Shown here: positions 1 to 9,294 of the stretch, one piece after another
Position numbering within the stretch: position 1 is the stretch's first letter
Layout of the letters: the number at the start of each line of letters is the position of its first letter
IMG/VR virus record: IMGVR_UViG_3300045988_054118
Location: 1 to 64,000 of that record
DNA: 64,000 bases
Reading direction: 5' to 3' (one strand)
DNA from: a virus
The notes under the pieces: model-generated
Database searches by the model: none
Seen by the model: the letters and a program-made list of their open reading frames with translations, nothing else
Told to the model about the DNA's origin: nothing
Position numbers and translations under genes: made by a program

Positions 1-12
1 CTCTTCCGATCT
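1..12. other. Residual Illumina adapter (CTCTTCCGATCT) at contig start; marks an assembly edge, not biology
   Basis: Exact match to the 3' end of the TruSeq universal adapter, read directly from positions 1-12. Confidence 0.7.
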
Positions 13-177
13 GTTCCTAAATATTCTCCAACTAGAGCATCTACGTGTTTCTTTAATAAAGGCGTAAACTCTACCGAAGTGGGGCTACCTATTCCGAAGT
101 TTTCTTCCAGATAACGGAACTATTCAGGATCTCTTTTACCATTATAATAATTATAAGCTTTCTGTAACTCATACTTA

Positions 178-459
178 TCATATACAAGTTCCGCAATAGC
201 CTCGTTTGTCTTGTCTATCAATTCCTTCTCTTTCATAACATAAATTATGTTGTTCTGGAGGAAGTTTAGTAGCGTTATAATACTTAACTCTTTGTAACTT
301 CCTACTTCTTAATTCTTCCTTAATAAATGGCAGAAATTCTTCGTCTGGTAAATCTGCTATTATTACTAATGGCATTTCTGACCTATCAAAGTTAAAAGAG
401 ACTTTATACCCAACTGGGTCTAAACTCTCAATATCTAGTCCGCCTATATACTCCATTTT
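178..459 (-). CDS. Hypothetical protein downstream of TerL (start uncertain; the upstream part of track ORF 178..639 overlaps the TerL 3' end in another frame)
   Basis: ORF ending in TGA at 178-180; the TerL frame continues to TGA at 428-430, so the ORF's N-terminal ~60 codons are probably not translated. Confidence 0.35.
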   Translation of the reverse strand, partial: KMEYIGGLDIESLDPVGYKVSFNFDRSEMPLVIIADLPDEEFLPFIKEELRSRKLQRVKYYNATKLPPEQHNLCYEREGIDRQDKRGYCGTCI

Positions 460-2791
460 GTACAAGTCCCTCATATATTCTAGGATCACTTGTTTCAACT
501 CTGTATGGGTCATCATATTCGTTTCTTTGCATATTAAGTTCAGGAGTTTTCTTAGTTGGAATAACTCCAAATCTTTTAATTCCTCTCTCGTCGTAATAGT
601 AACCAAAATCTTGGAACTATTCAACTTCTTTCTCCACAAGTACGGGCTGTCTTCCTGATAGCTCTTGGTCTGCCAACTCAGTCATACCTACAGCGGCTAC
701 AATATCATACTTACCCTTATTTTCATCATTATATGCAGTAAACTATTCTAGCATTTCTTCGAACCATATAGTATGGCAATAGTCTTCTATAAAGGCGGCT
801 GTTAAATCAGTATGCTATTCGATTATAGTTTTTGTAGCAGGAGTTCCATACTATTTAGTAGTTCCATTTCTAACGTCAGTTAGAGTAGCTCTTGGGCGCT
901 TCATAAAATAGTTAAGGCATCCTTTTTCTCTAGCCCAAGTAACCATACCCATACGAGTAGCTTCTATATTTATTTTACAATTATAATAGCGAGCTAAACA
1001 CATAGCTATTTTATAGGCTTCTCTGATGTCTCCAGGTCTATCCTTGTACATAGCAACATACTGAGGGTCATTCATACCAAACGCACGTTTCTTAATCGTT
1101 ATGCAGAAATCAGACGGGTCTCTGGTTTCCTTAGAAGTCTAATTCGCTCCAATATCAATACCGTCTATACCTGCTACATATAAGTCTCGCATCTCTTTAT
1201 AAACTGGAACTTCAAAATCCTAGCCATTATCTTCTGCCTCCTATCTAAGCTTTTCCATTTGTTCTTTATATAAGTCAGACCATATTGGATGCTCTAGAAT
1301 TTTTACTTTGCCATTGCTGTTAGGAATCCATTTAAAACCATCAATATTATCCTAAGTATGTTTATTATTTTTGTAAAAATAATCAATATAACCACATTCG
1401 GGTCTTGGGCCAATTTGTTTAAGTCTTATATTAGCTATCTATTCGGCAACTAAAATTTTATTAAACTTATTAACACCTTCTAGATTAAATGCTTCTTCTG
1501 CATTCCAACAACGTTCAGCGCATTTCTTTAGGTAGTCTTCTGGTACAACTAACAGATTATCTCGCTCCTCCTATAAGAATTTCTTATATTCCACAGTATT
1601 ACATACTCCTCTGTGGTCCATAAATTCTGGATTCAAAGATTGTATAAAGTATGGAATAAAGAATCCACTCTCTATAGTAGTCCCATCCTAAGTCCAATTA
1701 TGTCTAAATGGAAGAATCTTATATGCTCTTGGATTATAGTAAATCTTTTTTAAGCCCTCTAGAGGAGCACCCATATCACCGCCAGTACCTCCAAACAACA
1801 TTGTTCCACGAGGCATACCTTGAACTTCACAAAGTTCTTGACCTTGTACCACAGCGGTATCAAGTCCAGGCCAGGAACCAGCTTCATCATATATTAATAA
1901 ATCTACACGGTCTCCACGAATGTTAGATGGTTTAGCTCCGTTAATTGCTACAACCTCAGATTTAAATCCTACGTCTTCAAACTAACCATTTATTTTGATT
2001 TGTTTACCTGATTTCTTTCTCAAATCCTGGTCAATAAGTCGCAATTTAAAAAATCCTCCTCCAGTACAGGTATTTAAGAATGTAAGAGCATTGTCAAACT
2101 TACTAAAGGTACCCTTAAGGAAGGTATCATTAAAGCAAGTAATCATAACCCTACTTCTTCTAATAACAGAGTACATACGAGCAGAAAGAGAGGCGTTTAT
2201 TTCAGAGAATCCAATAGAACGAGCTTTCATTAAAGCTGCGTGCTTGTGTAGCACCCTAGCCATCTATAGATAATGAAAGAACATATAATGTGATGCAAAG
2301 AATATTGGGAAGTCATTATCAGTACCCTCACCAGAGGCTTTCTACTAGTCAATAGTAGGTAACTAATAGAAATTTAAGAAGAAGTAATTATCTCCAGTAA
2401 TGGTGTATCCATTAACTGTCATTCCATACTTACATCTTCTATATTGCTCTTTCCAAAATTCGTTGTACCGCTTACTATCTCTAAGGTAGGGACAGTATTG
2501 ACCAGTTCGTTTATATACTTCCCTAGTCTCGGTAAACCAATCTGGATTAAAGTCCAATCCATGAGTTTCGTCAATAGGTCTGTATCCAGTTATTTCATAA
2601 GATAAGGTAGGGTCAAATACTTCTATTTTATCTCCTATTTTAACATCCCAATAGTCAGAATTTCTGACCCTTTCCTCTCTTATTTTCTATACTAGTTCTC
2701 TAGCTTCTTTAGCATCCTCTTTCTATTCTTTTTCTCTTACCTAATCTACAATATTCTATATTTCTTCAGGTAATATCTTTTTTCTTGGCAT
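428..2791 (-). CDS. terL: Terminase large subunit (TerL), translated with TAG read as a sense codon (probably Gln); ~787 aa
   Basis: Continuous frame from ATG at 2789-2791 to TGA at 428-430 once TAG is read through (>15 in-frame TAG). Track fragments 2363..2557 and 851..1075 lie in the same frame. The N-terminus reads like a TerL ATPase (…NPDWFTETREVYKRTGQYCPYLRDSK…) and the C-terminus like an RNase H-like nuclease (AGIDGIDIGANQ…MYKDRPGDIREAYKIAMCLARYYNCKINIEATRMG). Confidence 0.75.
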
Positions 2792-2793
2792 AA

Positions 2794-3354
2794 TTAAAAG
2801 TCTCCTGGGTCAAAACCATCCACAGCTCCAGCTCTAACAGTAGATTGTTCAGTAAGTTCTTTCTTAACCTAGTCTTCTAGTGTTATGAGTTCTTCATGAA
2901 CTTTGTGAAGGGTAGCCATTTCCTTCATTACTTTTTCAGCCTGGAATACTGGCTTGCCGTTATTATCACGCTCATTTAAATCTACAATAGTTTCGAAATA
3001 ATCAATAAACTAGTCTGCAGCTCTTTTAGCTGCTTCTAGTAATTTTATTGACTTGTTTGAATCTTGTAACGCTCTGTATTTCCTACAAGCTTCTCTAAAT
3101 ATAGGGTCATTAAATTCTGACTCTGTCAATCCAGAATCACTAATAGCTTCGTCATGTCGTTCATGTTCCGAATACTAACTGTACGGACTTTTCCAGTCTA
3201 TAGCTAAATAAATGTAAGATAGTTCTCTAGTAGCTCTATCCTTTTCTGCAGATTTATCCCTCTAGATTAAAGCCTTAAATTCCTTAACTAGCAATATCTC
3301 TGGTTCATTTATTTCTAGCTATTTAGTTAAAGTGTTATAGTTAAATACATTCAT
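2794..3354 (-). CDS. Hypothetical protein upstream of TerL, recoded with in-frame TAG (small terminase subunit would fit by position only)
   Basis: ATG at 3352-3354, TAA at 2794-2796; several in-frame TAG codons; protein-like translation (MNVFNYNTLTKQLEINEPEILLVKEF…). Confidence 0.5.
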
Positions 3355-3391
3355 AATCATTAATCATTATCATACACATTAGATAATCTTA

Positions 3392-3970
3392 TTATTTCTT
3401 TTTCATTTTGGAACCGCACTTATTGACTTTCATTTTGGAACCACAAGCGTCTTTCTTAGCATATTGTTTTCTGTCAGGAACCCATTTTCCTTCCTGGAAA
3501 TTACCCTTATGTCCCTTATTGGCCATAGTTTCCTAATCATTGTATTTATTGATTGATATAGAATCTCTTGAGGCTTCGTCTCTAGCAGATTTCATATCTT
3601 TCTTATACTAAGCTCTTCCAGCCTTAAATTTATCAACTTCATTAGCTTTCTTAGTAACTTTAGTTCCTTTTTGTGCTTTCTGGCAAGCTTTACAGATTCT
3701 ACCGCCTTGCTTAAAATATACAAGCTCTTCTCCTTCTGGACATACTCCTTTTAGCTTCTTATAATACTCAAGCTTAGCTCCAAGCCTAGCCATTACTCCT
3801 CCTTGCATTTTCTGCATAAATTCCTGATACTTAGCTTTAATGCCGTCTTCTCCTAATTGTTCAGCATAAGCTTGTAAATCCTATTCAGATTGTACTTGTA
3901 TTCCCTACGCAGCGGCATCTTGTATTAGATATGCCATAAATGCTTTTTGTAATTCTTCCTAGTTAGCCAT
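3392..3970 (-). CDS. Hypothetical Lys/Cys-rich protein, recoded (in-frame TAG); includes track ORF 3608..3817
   Basis: ATG at 3968-3970 (overlaps the upstream TAA as TAATG), TAA at 3392-3394. Track ORF 3608..3817 ends at a TAG and the reading continues protein-like through it (…KFKAGRA-Q-YKKDMKSARDE…CGSKMKVNKCGSKMKKK). Confidence 0.55.
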
Positions 3971-4194
3971 TACTCTTCTACTTTAATTAAATCCTTAGTA
4001 TTAAACACTGCTTCCTACATAAGTCCGGAATCAGTAAACCATCTACATCTTAATCCTCGTAATCCTTGGTTATCTTTAAATAAAGCTGCTTCTCTTCTTA
4101 GAACAAGCATAACTGGAGAATGCATTACTTTACACTACCGTAAAGTAACACAATCCCCAGGCTTAAAATAAACTTTTTCATCAATTGTTTCCAT
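3970..4194 (-). CDS. Hypothetical small protein, recoded (2 in-frame TAG)
   Basis: ATG 4192-4194 to TAA 3970-3972; METIDEKVYFKPGDCVTLRQCKVMHSPVML…. Confidence 0.45.
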
Positions 4195-4783
4195 ACTTCA
4201 ATTCGTTTCTTCTTTCAGTTAGCTTTTCGTTAACTACAGCCATAATTCTGTTCTCATTAACTACAACAAATCCAAACTTGTAGAACGGAACCATGCACTC
4301 GCTAGCTATTGTATAGAATACTATATCTCCAGGTTTTAGGAACTCACACTTGTGCCCGACCTCAATAACAGTACCCACTTTAATAAATTGTTGTTCTTCT
4401 TCTATTTCTCCTGTTTCATTAGATTTATATGTTGGAGCAAATCCACCTAAGTCTGTAATTAATCCACTCTTAGTAGTTTTAATTTTTTGAAACGGATTTT
4501 GTTCGAAAGGTTTAATTAATGCATACCCATACATAGGCATAATTTCTACACCATTCATATCCTCAGATAATGATTTGGCGTAAGATTCTAAAGCTGCATT
4601 ATGTTTAGAGAATTTATCTTCTAATTCATCTACTGCTGTATTGAATCTTTCCTGTTTTTCTCTTAATAAAGTTTTATCTGCAGCTTCTCCATTTACTATA
4701 AGGTGCTGTCCTGTACCTTCCATACCAGTTATAGCTAGTGCTAGTTTCTCATTACTGTTTAATTCTGTTCTTAAAGTTTCCAT
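4181..4783 (-). CDS. Hypothetical protein; the C-terminal half resembles a GroES / gp31-like co-chaperonin fold (inference)
   Basis: Standard-code ORF of 200 aa. C-terminal pattern IKP…K…SGLI…(mobile-loop-like)…KVGTVIEVG…LKPGDIVFY resembles Cpn10. Confidence 0.4.
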   Translation of the reverse strand: METLRTELNSNEKLALAITGMEGTGQHLIVNGEAADKTLLREKQERFNTAVDELEDKFSKHNAALESYAKSLSEDMNGVEIMPMYGYALIKPFEQNPFQKIKTTKSGLITDLGGFAPTYKSNETGEIEEEQQFIKVGTVIEVGHKCEFLKPGDIVFYTIASECMVPFYKFGFVVVNENRIMAVVNEKLTERRNELKYGNN

Positions 4784-4791
4784 AATTCATT

Positions 4792-5130
4792 TTACCATTT
4801 ACATAAATCACAATGTTCATCTTCTATTCTAGTTTTGTTCTCTAGTATACAACCACATTCCTCACATACTTCCCCAAATGAAGTCTGTAATTTATGAGGA
4901 CAAGTATTACAAATATTTAATCTTGTGGTTGCTAAATCTTGATTAATTCCAAATATATGGAAATATATACTCTTCAATATTACTAAAGGTTTAGTAAATA
5001 TTGCTTTAATCCATTTCTTTGACATCTTTTCAGTAGGTTCTTGAGTCATAAGTATATAAGCCTTAGTAGGGTTAGCCATTACTGGAGTCCCATATAGTAA
5101 TAAATTATTTACCATTTCTTCGCAGGACAA
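4792..5130 (-). CDS. Cys-rich small protein (paralog of 5109..5324), putative Zn-binding
   Basis: C-terminus CNTCPHK…CEECGCILE…HCDLCKW shares its pattern with the neighbouring ORF. Confidence 0.5.
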   Translation of the reverse strand: MSCEEMVNNLLLYGTPVMANPTKAYILMTQEPTEKMSKKWIKAIFTKPLVILKSIYFHIFGINQDLATTRLNICNTCPHKLQTSFGEVCEECGCILENKTRIEDEHCDLCKW

Positions 5131-5324
5131 TGCTTCTTCTCATTAGGTATCTTTAATTCCAGTAGACATCCGCATCCTTTTATATATCCTTCTTTTGGAC
5201 CAATACTTATGTCATTGTTTTCTGGATTTAAATACAACTGTCCATTACATATTGCATCTTCTTGATTACATATTGGACAGCGTCTACATATTTTCCATCT
5301 TTCTTCTATTTCCTCTAGTGTCAT
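5109..5324 (-). CDS. Cys-rich small protein (paralog of 4792..5130), putative Zn-binding
   Basis: CRRCPICNQ…CGCLLE…HCPAKKW; same motif order as the neighbour. Confidence 0.5.
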   Translation of the reverse strand: MTLEEIEERWKICRRCPICNQEDAICNGQLYLNPENNDISIGPKEGYIKGCGCLLELKIPNEKKHCPAKKW

Positions 5325-5326
5325 AA

Positions 5327-6241
5327 TTAATATTCAATGCGTTGACGTTTCTTTTTATTTTCTGCCAATATAGATTCTTTCTTGTAAAAAGAAAGCATTC
5401 TTATTACTTCATCTTTTAAATATGGTAAGTGATATACTGTCATGTTATCACTGTGGTCGAAGTGTACTAAAACTAAGTCTTCAATTTCAAATTCTGGGTT
5501 TTTCTTCTGAATCATCCAGGCGTAAGTACTTAGCTGAAGGGCATAATGCCAATAATTAACATCATCTAAATTATTTAGAGGATACTTCATCTTAACTGAT
5601 GTCTTAGTTTTAGAATTAAAGAAGCTCTTTGTTTCTATTTTTTTATTAGTCTTCCAGTCACCAATAATTATCTTATTACCTCTTTTAACTAATAAGTCAA
5701 TTTGTCCAGCTATTCTTAGTTTTCCGTCCTCAGATACTCTAGAGATTAGATACTCAGGATATACCCCATTCTCCAAATCTAGATTGTTATAGTCTTTTAT
5801 ACACTCAAACTTACCACCTATTTGATATTTACTTAGATCTATATCCTTCTTCTTTTTGTAAAAAGAGTTTTCCAAATCTGCATGGATTCTAGTTCCTCTC
5901 TCGCAAGAGTTTCTGTTCTCCATATCCCATGCATCTAAGATAGCTTGTTGTTCTTTATTAAACTCGTCTTCTGTAATGTTATGAAGTTCAAGTAGAACTT
6001 TGTCAAATTTCTTAGTATTCAGCAGAGATTTTTTCTCGATAGCCCAATCTTCTTTAGGTAGAAGTTTCTCTAGTGCTTTATAAGCTGACCAGAACTCTTT
6101 ATCAAAGGGTTGGGTGAAAGAATGAATTAAAGTCGTTACAGATATAAATTTCTGTTCTGGCTTTGTAACATCATAATAAATATGAGCTTCCTCTTCGAAA
6201 GCTATGTTCCCATTTTGTTTTGTAATTTTACTTTTGTCCAT
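5327..6241 (-). CDS. PD-(D/E)XK nuclease of the RecB/Cas4-like family (no Fe-S Cys cluster)
   Basis: Motifs IAGQIDLL…IIIGDWKT (D…D/E-x-K) and ALQLSTYAWM (QxxxY) are typical of RecB-family nuclease domains. Confidence 0.6.
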   Translation of the reverse strand: MDKSKITKQNGNIAFEEEAHIYYDVTKPEQKFISVTTLIHSFTQPFDKEFWSAYKALEKLLPKEDWAIEKKSLLNTKKFDKVLLELHNITEDEFNKEQQAILDAWDMENRNSCERGTRIHADLENSFYKKKKDIDLSKYQIGGKFECIKDYNNLDLENGVYPEYLISRVSEDGKLRIAGQIDLLVKRGNKIIIGDWKTNKKIETKSFFNSKTKTSVKMKYPLNNLDDVNYWHYALQLSTYAWMIQKKNPEFEIEDLVLVHFDHSDNMTVYHLPYLKDEVIRMLSFYKKESILAENKKKRQRIEY

Positions 6242-6355
6242 TAGTCATAATTCATTTAATCATTTATCACATTTATCTATATTTATTTGATACTTTTCAA
6301 GTATATTAATATTCTTTGTAAGATACAAATCAATAAATAATACATTATATTAAAA

Positions 6356-6697
6356 ATGTCTAATATGACAAAAATGGTAACATTTGGATGTCCAATTTTT
6401 AAAAACGGGTCAGGCATTCATATTAAAGAGAAAAACAAAGGTAAATTTACTGCCTCTGCTAAGGCTGCAGGATAGTCTGTACAGGAACATGCTAAATCTG
6501 TACTAAACAATCCTAATGCTACTCCTCTTCAGAAGAAGCGTGCTAACTTTGCTAGAAACGCGGCTAAATGGAAACACGAAGATGGAGCTAAGATACATAA
6601 ACCAAGTGGACATAGATCTATTCTAGATAATGGATGGATTCCTACTACTAGATTAAAGAAAGGAAATTATGGATTAATTAAAACAAGAAAGCAATGA
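6356..6697 (+). CDS. Hypothetical basic protein on the plus strand inside the late module, with an in-frame TAG at 6473-6475
   Basis: ATG 6356 to TGA 6695-6697. The translation stays protein-like across the TAG (…SAKAAG-Q-SVQEHAKSVLNNPNATPLQKKRANF…). Confidence 0.5.
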
Positions 6698-6772
6698 ACG
6701 CTGTAGTTAAATTAATTAAAGAATTTATACTTAAGATATATCTTTATTTACTATTTATATTTAATAAGTAAT

Positions 6773-6964
6773 ATGGACTATAATAGAGCAACTCTTTATG
6801 CGGCTACTGGTCGTACTTTATTACTCCCTGGCTGGAAAGGGTATTTTTATTGGGACTATACTAAGAATGAATTAAATTTTAGAAATGGAGACTATCATTT
6901 AGATAACAAATAGCTCAAGGAGAAAGGGGTTATGGAACGTAATGATTGGTATTATATAATATGA
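6773..6964 (+). CDS. Hypothetical small protein with an in-frame TAG at 6911-6913
   Basis: ATG 6773 to TGA 6962-6964, which overlaps the next ATG as ATGA. Confidence 0.4.
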
Positions 6965-7353
6965 TAATTAAAAATAATATTATACCGTTTGGAGGTTATA
7001 AAGTAATTAATCTGTTTGGATTAATATTTACTAAGTCGGATTTGACTGATGAGGATAAGAATCACGAGAATATCCATTCAGTATAGATTTTGGAATGTGC
7101 AATAGCGTTTGCAATACTTATATCTATATTATTTGGATTAGAGTGGGTATGGTTAGCTATTCCATCTTTCTATATCTGGTATGGATTAGAGTATTTAATT
7201 ATACGACTATTAAGACTTAAAGATTCTCAAAATGATTGCTACAGAGATGTAAGCTTTGAAGAAGAAGCTTATATGAATGAAGACAATTTACAGTATCTAG
7301 AAGGATAGAGAAAGATGTTTTCATGGATAAAATATCTAAAAGTTAATGCATAA
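6961..7353 (+). CDS. Membrane protein with two TM helices and a holin-like topology; in-frame TAG at 7084-7086 and 7306-7308; includes track ORF 7090..7308
   Basis: ATG 6961 to TAA 7351-7353. Hydrophobic stretches AIAFAILISILFGLEWVWLAIPSFYIWYGLEYLII. The track ORF is exactly the TAG-to-TAG segment. Confidence 0.5.
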
Positions 7354-7356
7354 CAA

Positions 7357-7401
7357 AATAGGCGAACTTAGACAATTAAGTCTAGGCTCGCCTATTTTTA
7401 T
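7357..7401. terminator. Bidirectional hairpin between convergent genes (nested stems AATAGGCGA…TCGCCTATT, then T-tract)
   Basis: 9-bp outer stem with an inner TAGAC/GTCTA stem, followed by TTTTTATTT; lies between the plus gene ending at 7353 and the minus gene ending at 7398. Confidence 0.6.
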
Positions 7402-7601
7402 TTACTATTATACGTACAAGTGATTCTGTTTGGCTCTTCCCACCAAGGTTTATCTGAAAGTGGAGTTCTGATGCTATTGGGCCAATTTATAATTGGAGTA
7501 GTTTCTTCTACTATAGCCTCCATTATTTTAAATAATGTATCCAAGTCTAGCTCTGGAAGCAGCTCATGAATATTAGTTATTGTTTTCTTATAATTTATCA
7601 T
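7398..7601 (-). CDS. Hypothetical protein
   Basis: Standard-code ORF with a TAA stop. Confidence 0.45.
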   Translation of the reverse strand: MINYKKTITNIHELLPELDLDTLFKIMEAIVEETTPIINWPNSIRTPLSDKPWWEEPNRITCTYNSK

Positions 7602-7808
7602 ATCCTTAAAGTGTTGTTAATAATTACGTAGTATCTACTGACATATTAGTACGATACACTTAGCTTATTTAAGTTGTCTAGATAATCTAAGAACCATTGT
7701 TCGTTTTGTTTTCCTTCTTCTACAATAGTATTAATTAAAGATTCTATAGCTAATAGTGTTATTTCTGCTAGTTCCTCTAATTCCGATTTAGTAAGTTCGT
7801 TATATTTT

Positions 7809-8123
7809 TCAATCAAGTTTAACATAATCCATCCAGTCTTTTATATATGATTTACATTCTTCCAAATCTGGATAGATACTTGTTATAGAGCATCCAGTTT
7901 TCGGATTTTTAAAGTGGTGCATCTTAGCCTCTTCTTTTTTCTCCTCTTCTGTATTTCTATTTAATGTTCTATTCCAATAGTTGTACTTTTCATCTAACAT
8001 TTCCATATCACATTCCTCTAATATTTTCATATTAGGGTTATTCATTATCTTGTCGTATTTTCTCTTTAAATTAGAGACTTTGACAACATCATTTCCATTT
8101 AATACAACTGCACACTGTTTCAT
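7809..8123 (-). CDS. Hypothetical protein
   Basis: ORF with a TGA stop. Confidence 0.45.
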   Translation of the reverse strand: MKQCAVVLNGNDVVKVSNLKRKYDKIMNNPNMKILEECDMEMLDEKYNYWNRTLNRNTEEEKKEEAKMHHFKNPKTGCSITSIYPDLEECKSYIKDWMDYVKLD

Positions 8124-8347
8124 TTCAATACCTTATAAGTACATATCTTGCCTATCTGTTTTCCTTGAATTGTTATTTGCGGAAGAAAATAGCAGGCTTG
8201 ATTTTCAAATTCTTGAGGTACAAAGATATAATCAAACTTACTTCCAACTACCTTCTCACAAACTTTATTCCAATCGTCTCCCTCTTCTATAATAAGAGTT
8301 TTAGCTCCTGTTGGAGTTACTACATAATTCTCATTTAATTTTATCAT
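8120..8347 (-). CDS. Hypothetical protein (start moved to the internal Met so it does not overlap the tRNA)
   Basis: The track ORF 8120..8422 N-terminus overlaps the tRNA at 8365..8436; internal start MIKLNENYVV…. Confidence 0.4.
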   Translation of the reverse strand: MIKLNENYVVTPTGAKTLIIEEGDDWNKVCEKVVGSKFDYIFVPQEFENQACYFLPQITIQGKQIGKICTYKVLK

Positions 8348-8364
8348 AACTATTAATTTTGGCG

Positions 8365-8436
8365 TTGCCCTACTAGGATTCGAACCCAGACTAAATGATT
8401 TAGAGTCATCTGTGCTGACCATTACACCATAGGGCA
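8365..8436 (-). tRNA. Suppressor tRNA, anticodon CUA (reads UAG); Gln-tRNA-derived
   Basis: Cloverleaf read on the minus strand: acceptor TGCCCTA/TAGGGCA, D-stem GTGT/GCAC, anticodon stem GATGA/TCATT with loop CTCTAAA (anticodon CTA), T-arm CTGGG-TTCGAAT-CCTAG. The architecture is nearly identical to the tRNA-Gln(TTG) at 23373..23444. Confidence 0.8.
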
Positions 8437-8441
8437 GTAAC

Positions 8442-8561
8442 TTATTTCTCTTTTAGAGATTTATTTTCTGCTGCCAATTTCTCTAGTTCTTTTCTTAATT
8501 GTTCATTTTCGTGAAATAAAGCCTGCATAGTAGCGTTGATATTAGCTAATAGTATTCTCAT
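8442..8561 (-). CDS. Small coiled-coil protein (39 aa)
   Basis: MRILLANINATMQALFHENEQLRKELEKLAAENKSLKEK; ATG 8559-8561 to TAA 8442-8444. Confidence 0.3.
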   Translation of the reverse strand: MRILLANINATMQALFHENEQLRKELEKLAAENKSLKEK

Positions 8562-8574
8562 TTGAGCAACCTAT

Positions 8575-8976
8575 TCATACATAAGCTTTCAGTTGTTCAA
8601 TTCTCTTTTTAGCTATATCTGACAATGCCATTTTGAATTTAGCAATACCAGCTCTTACTGTTTCTAACTTGCCGCTTTCTAAGCATTCTTGTATTTTATG
8701 AACTTCAAGCTCTCCTAGATATTCGCATACATCTATAAATAAATCATCATCTAAAGATTCTAAATATTTCTGGAATTGGTCTACCTCTTCATTAGCTAGA
8801 CAGCTTTCTTCCTTCTATCTTTCATAAGATATTAATAAGAACAAAGAATCGTCGGCAGATTCGGACTTAATAGTTAGCCCATTACCAGACATATAATATT
8901 CTTGATTCGTATTAATTGCCTCAACTAGCTATTTAAACTAGTCCTAATTTAACAATGTTTCTAAGTCTGTAATCAT
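8575..8976 (-). CDS. Hypothetical acidic protein, recoded (4 in-frame TAG); first gene of the leftward late operon
   Basis: ATG 8974-8976 to TGA 8575-8577; MITDLETLLN-Q-D-Q-FK-Q-LVEAINTNQEYY…. Confidence 0.5.
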
Positions 8977-8999
8977 AATTGTTTTCTTTTTAGTTATAT

Positions 9000-9294
9000 A
9001 CAACAATAACCTCCGAAAAGTTAAACGCAAAGTTAAAAAATTCTAATTCAAATATTATACATATTTTATATATTAAGGGGAAAGCCGGTACAGGTACTTT
9101 ATATAAATAGCCCCCTGGGGTTATTATAAATTCCGACTTTTATATTTGGAGGGTAATTACCTAGATTCCAAAAATTCATAGAGTGAGTGTAGTGGCGGTC
9201 CACAACCCCTTTAGTCCCCCCCTGTATATTGATATAAAACTAAAACAAAAACAAAAATCAATTTCCAGTATTAACATTCTAAAATTTTAAGATT
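9000..9294. promoter_or_regulatory. Divergent intergenic region separating the recoded leftward module from the rightward module; candidate Bacteroidales -7 box TATATTTG at 9141-9148
   Basis: No ORF on either side; TAnnTTTG motif present; genes diverge from here. Confidence 0.45.

Noticed and set aside
178-639. Full-length track ORF 178..639 (-) as a 153-aa gene
   Set aside because: The TerL reading frame, with TAG read through, runs in a different frame through 428-660 and stops at TGA 428-430. The upstream ~60 codons of this ORF therefore overlap TerL and are probably not coding.
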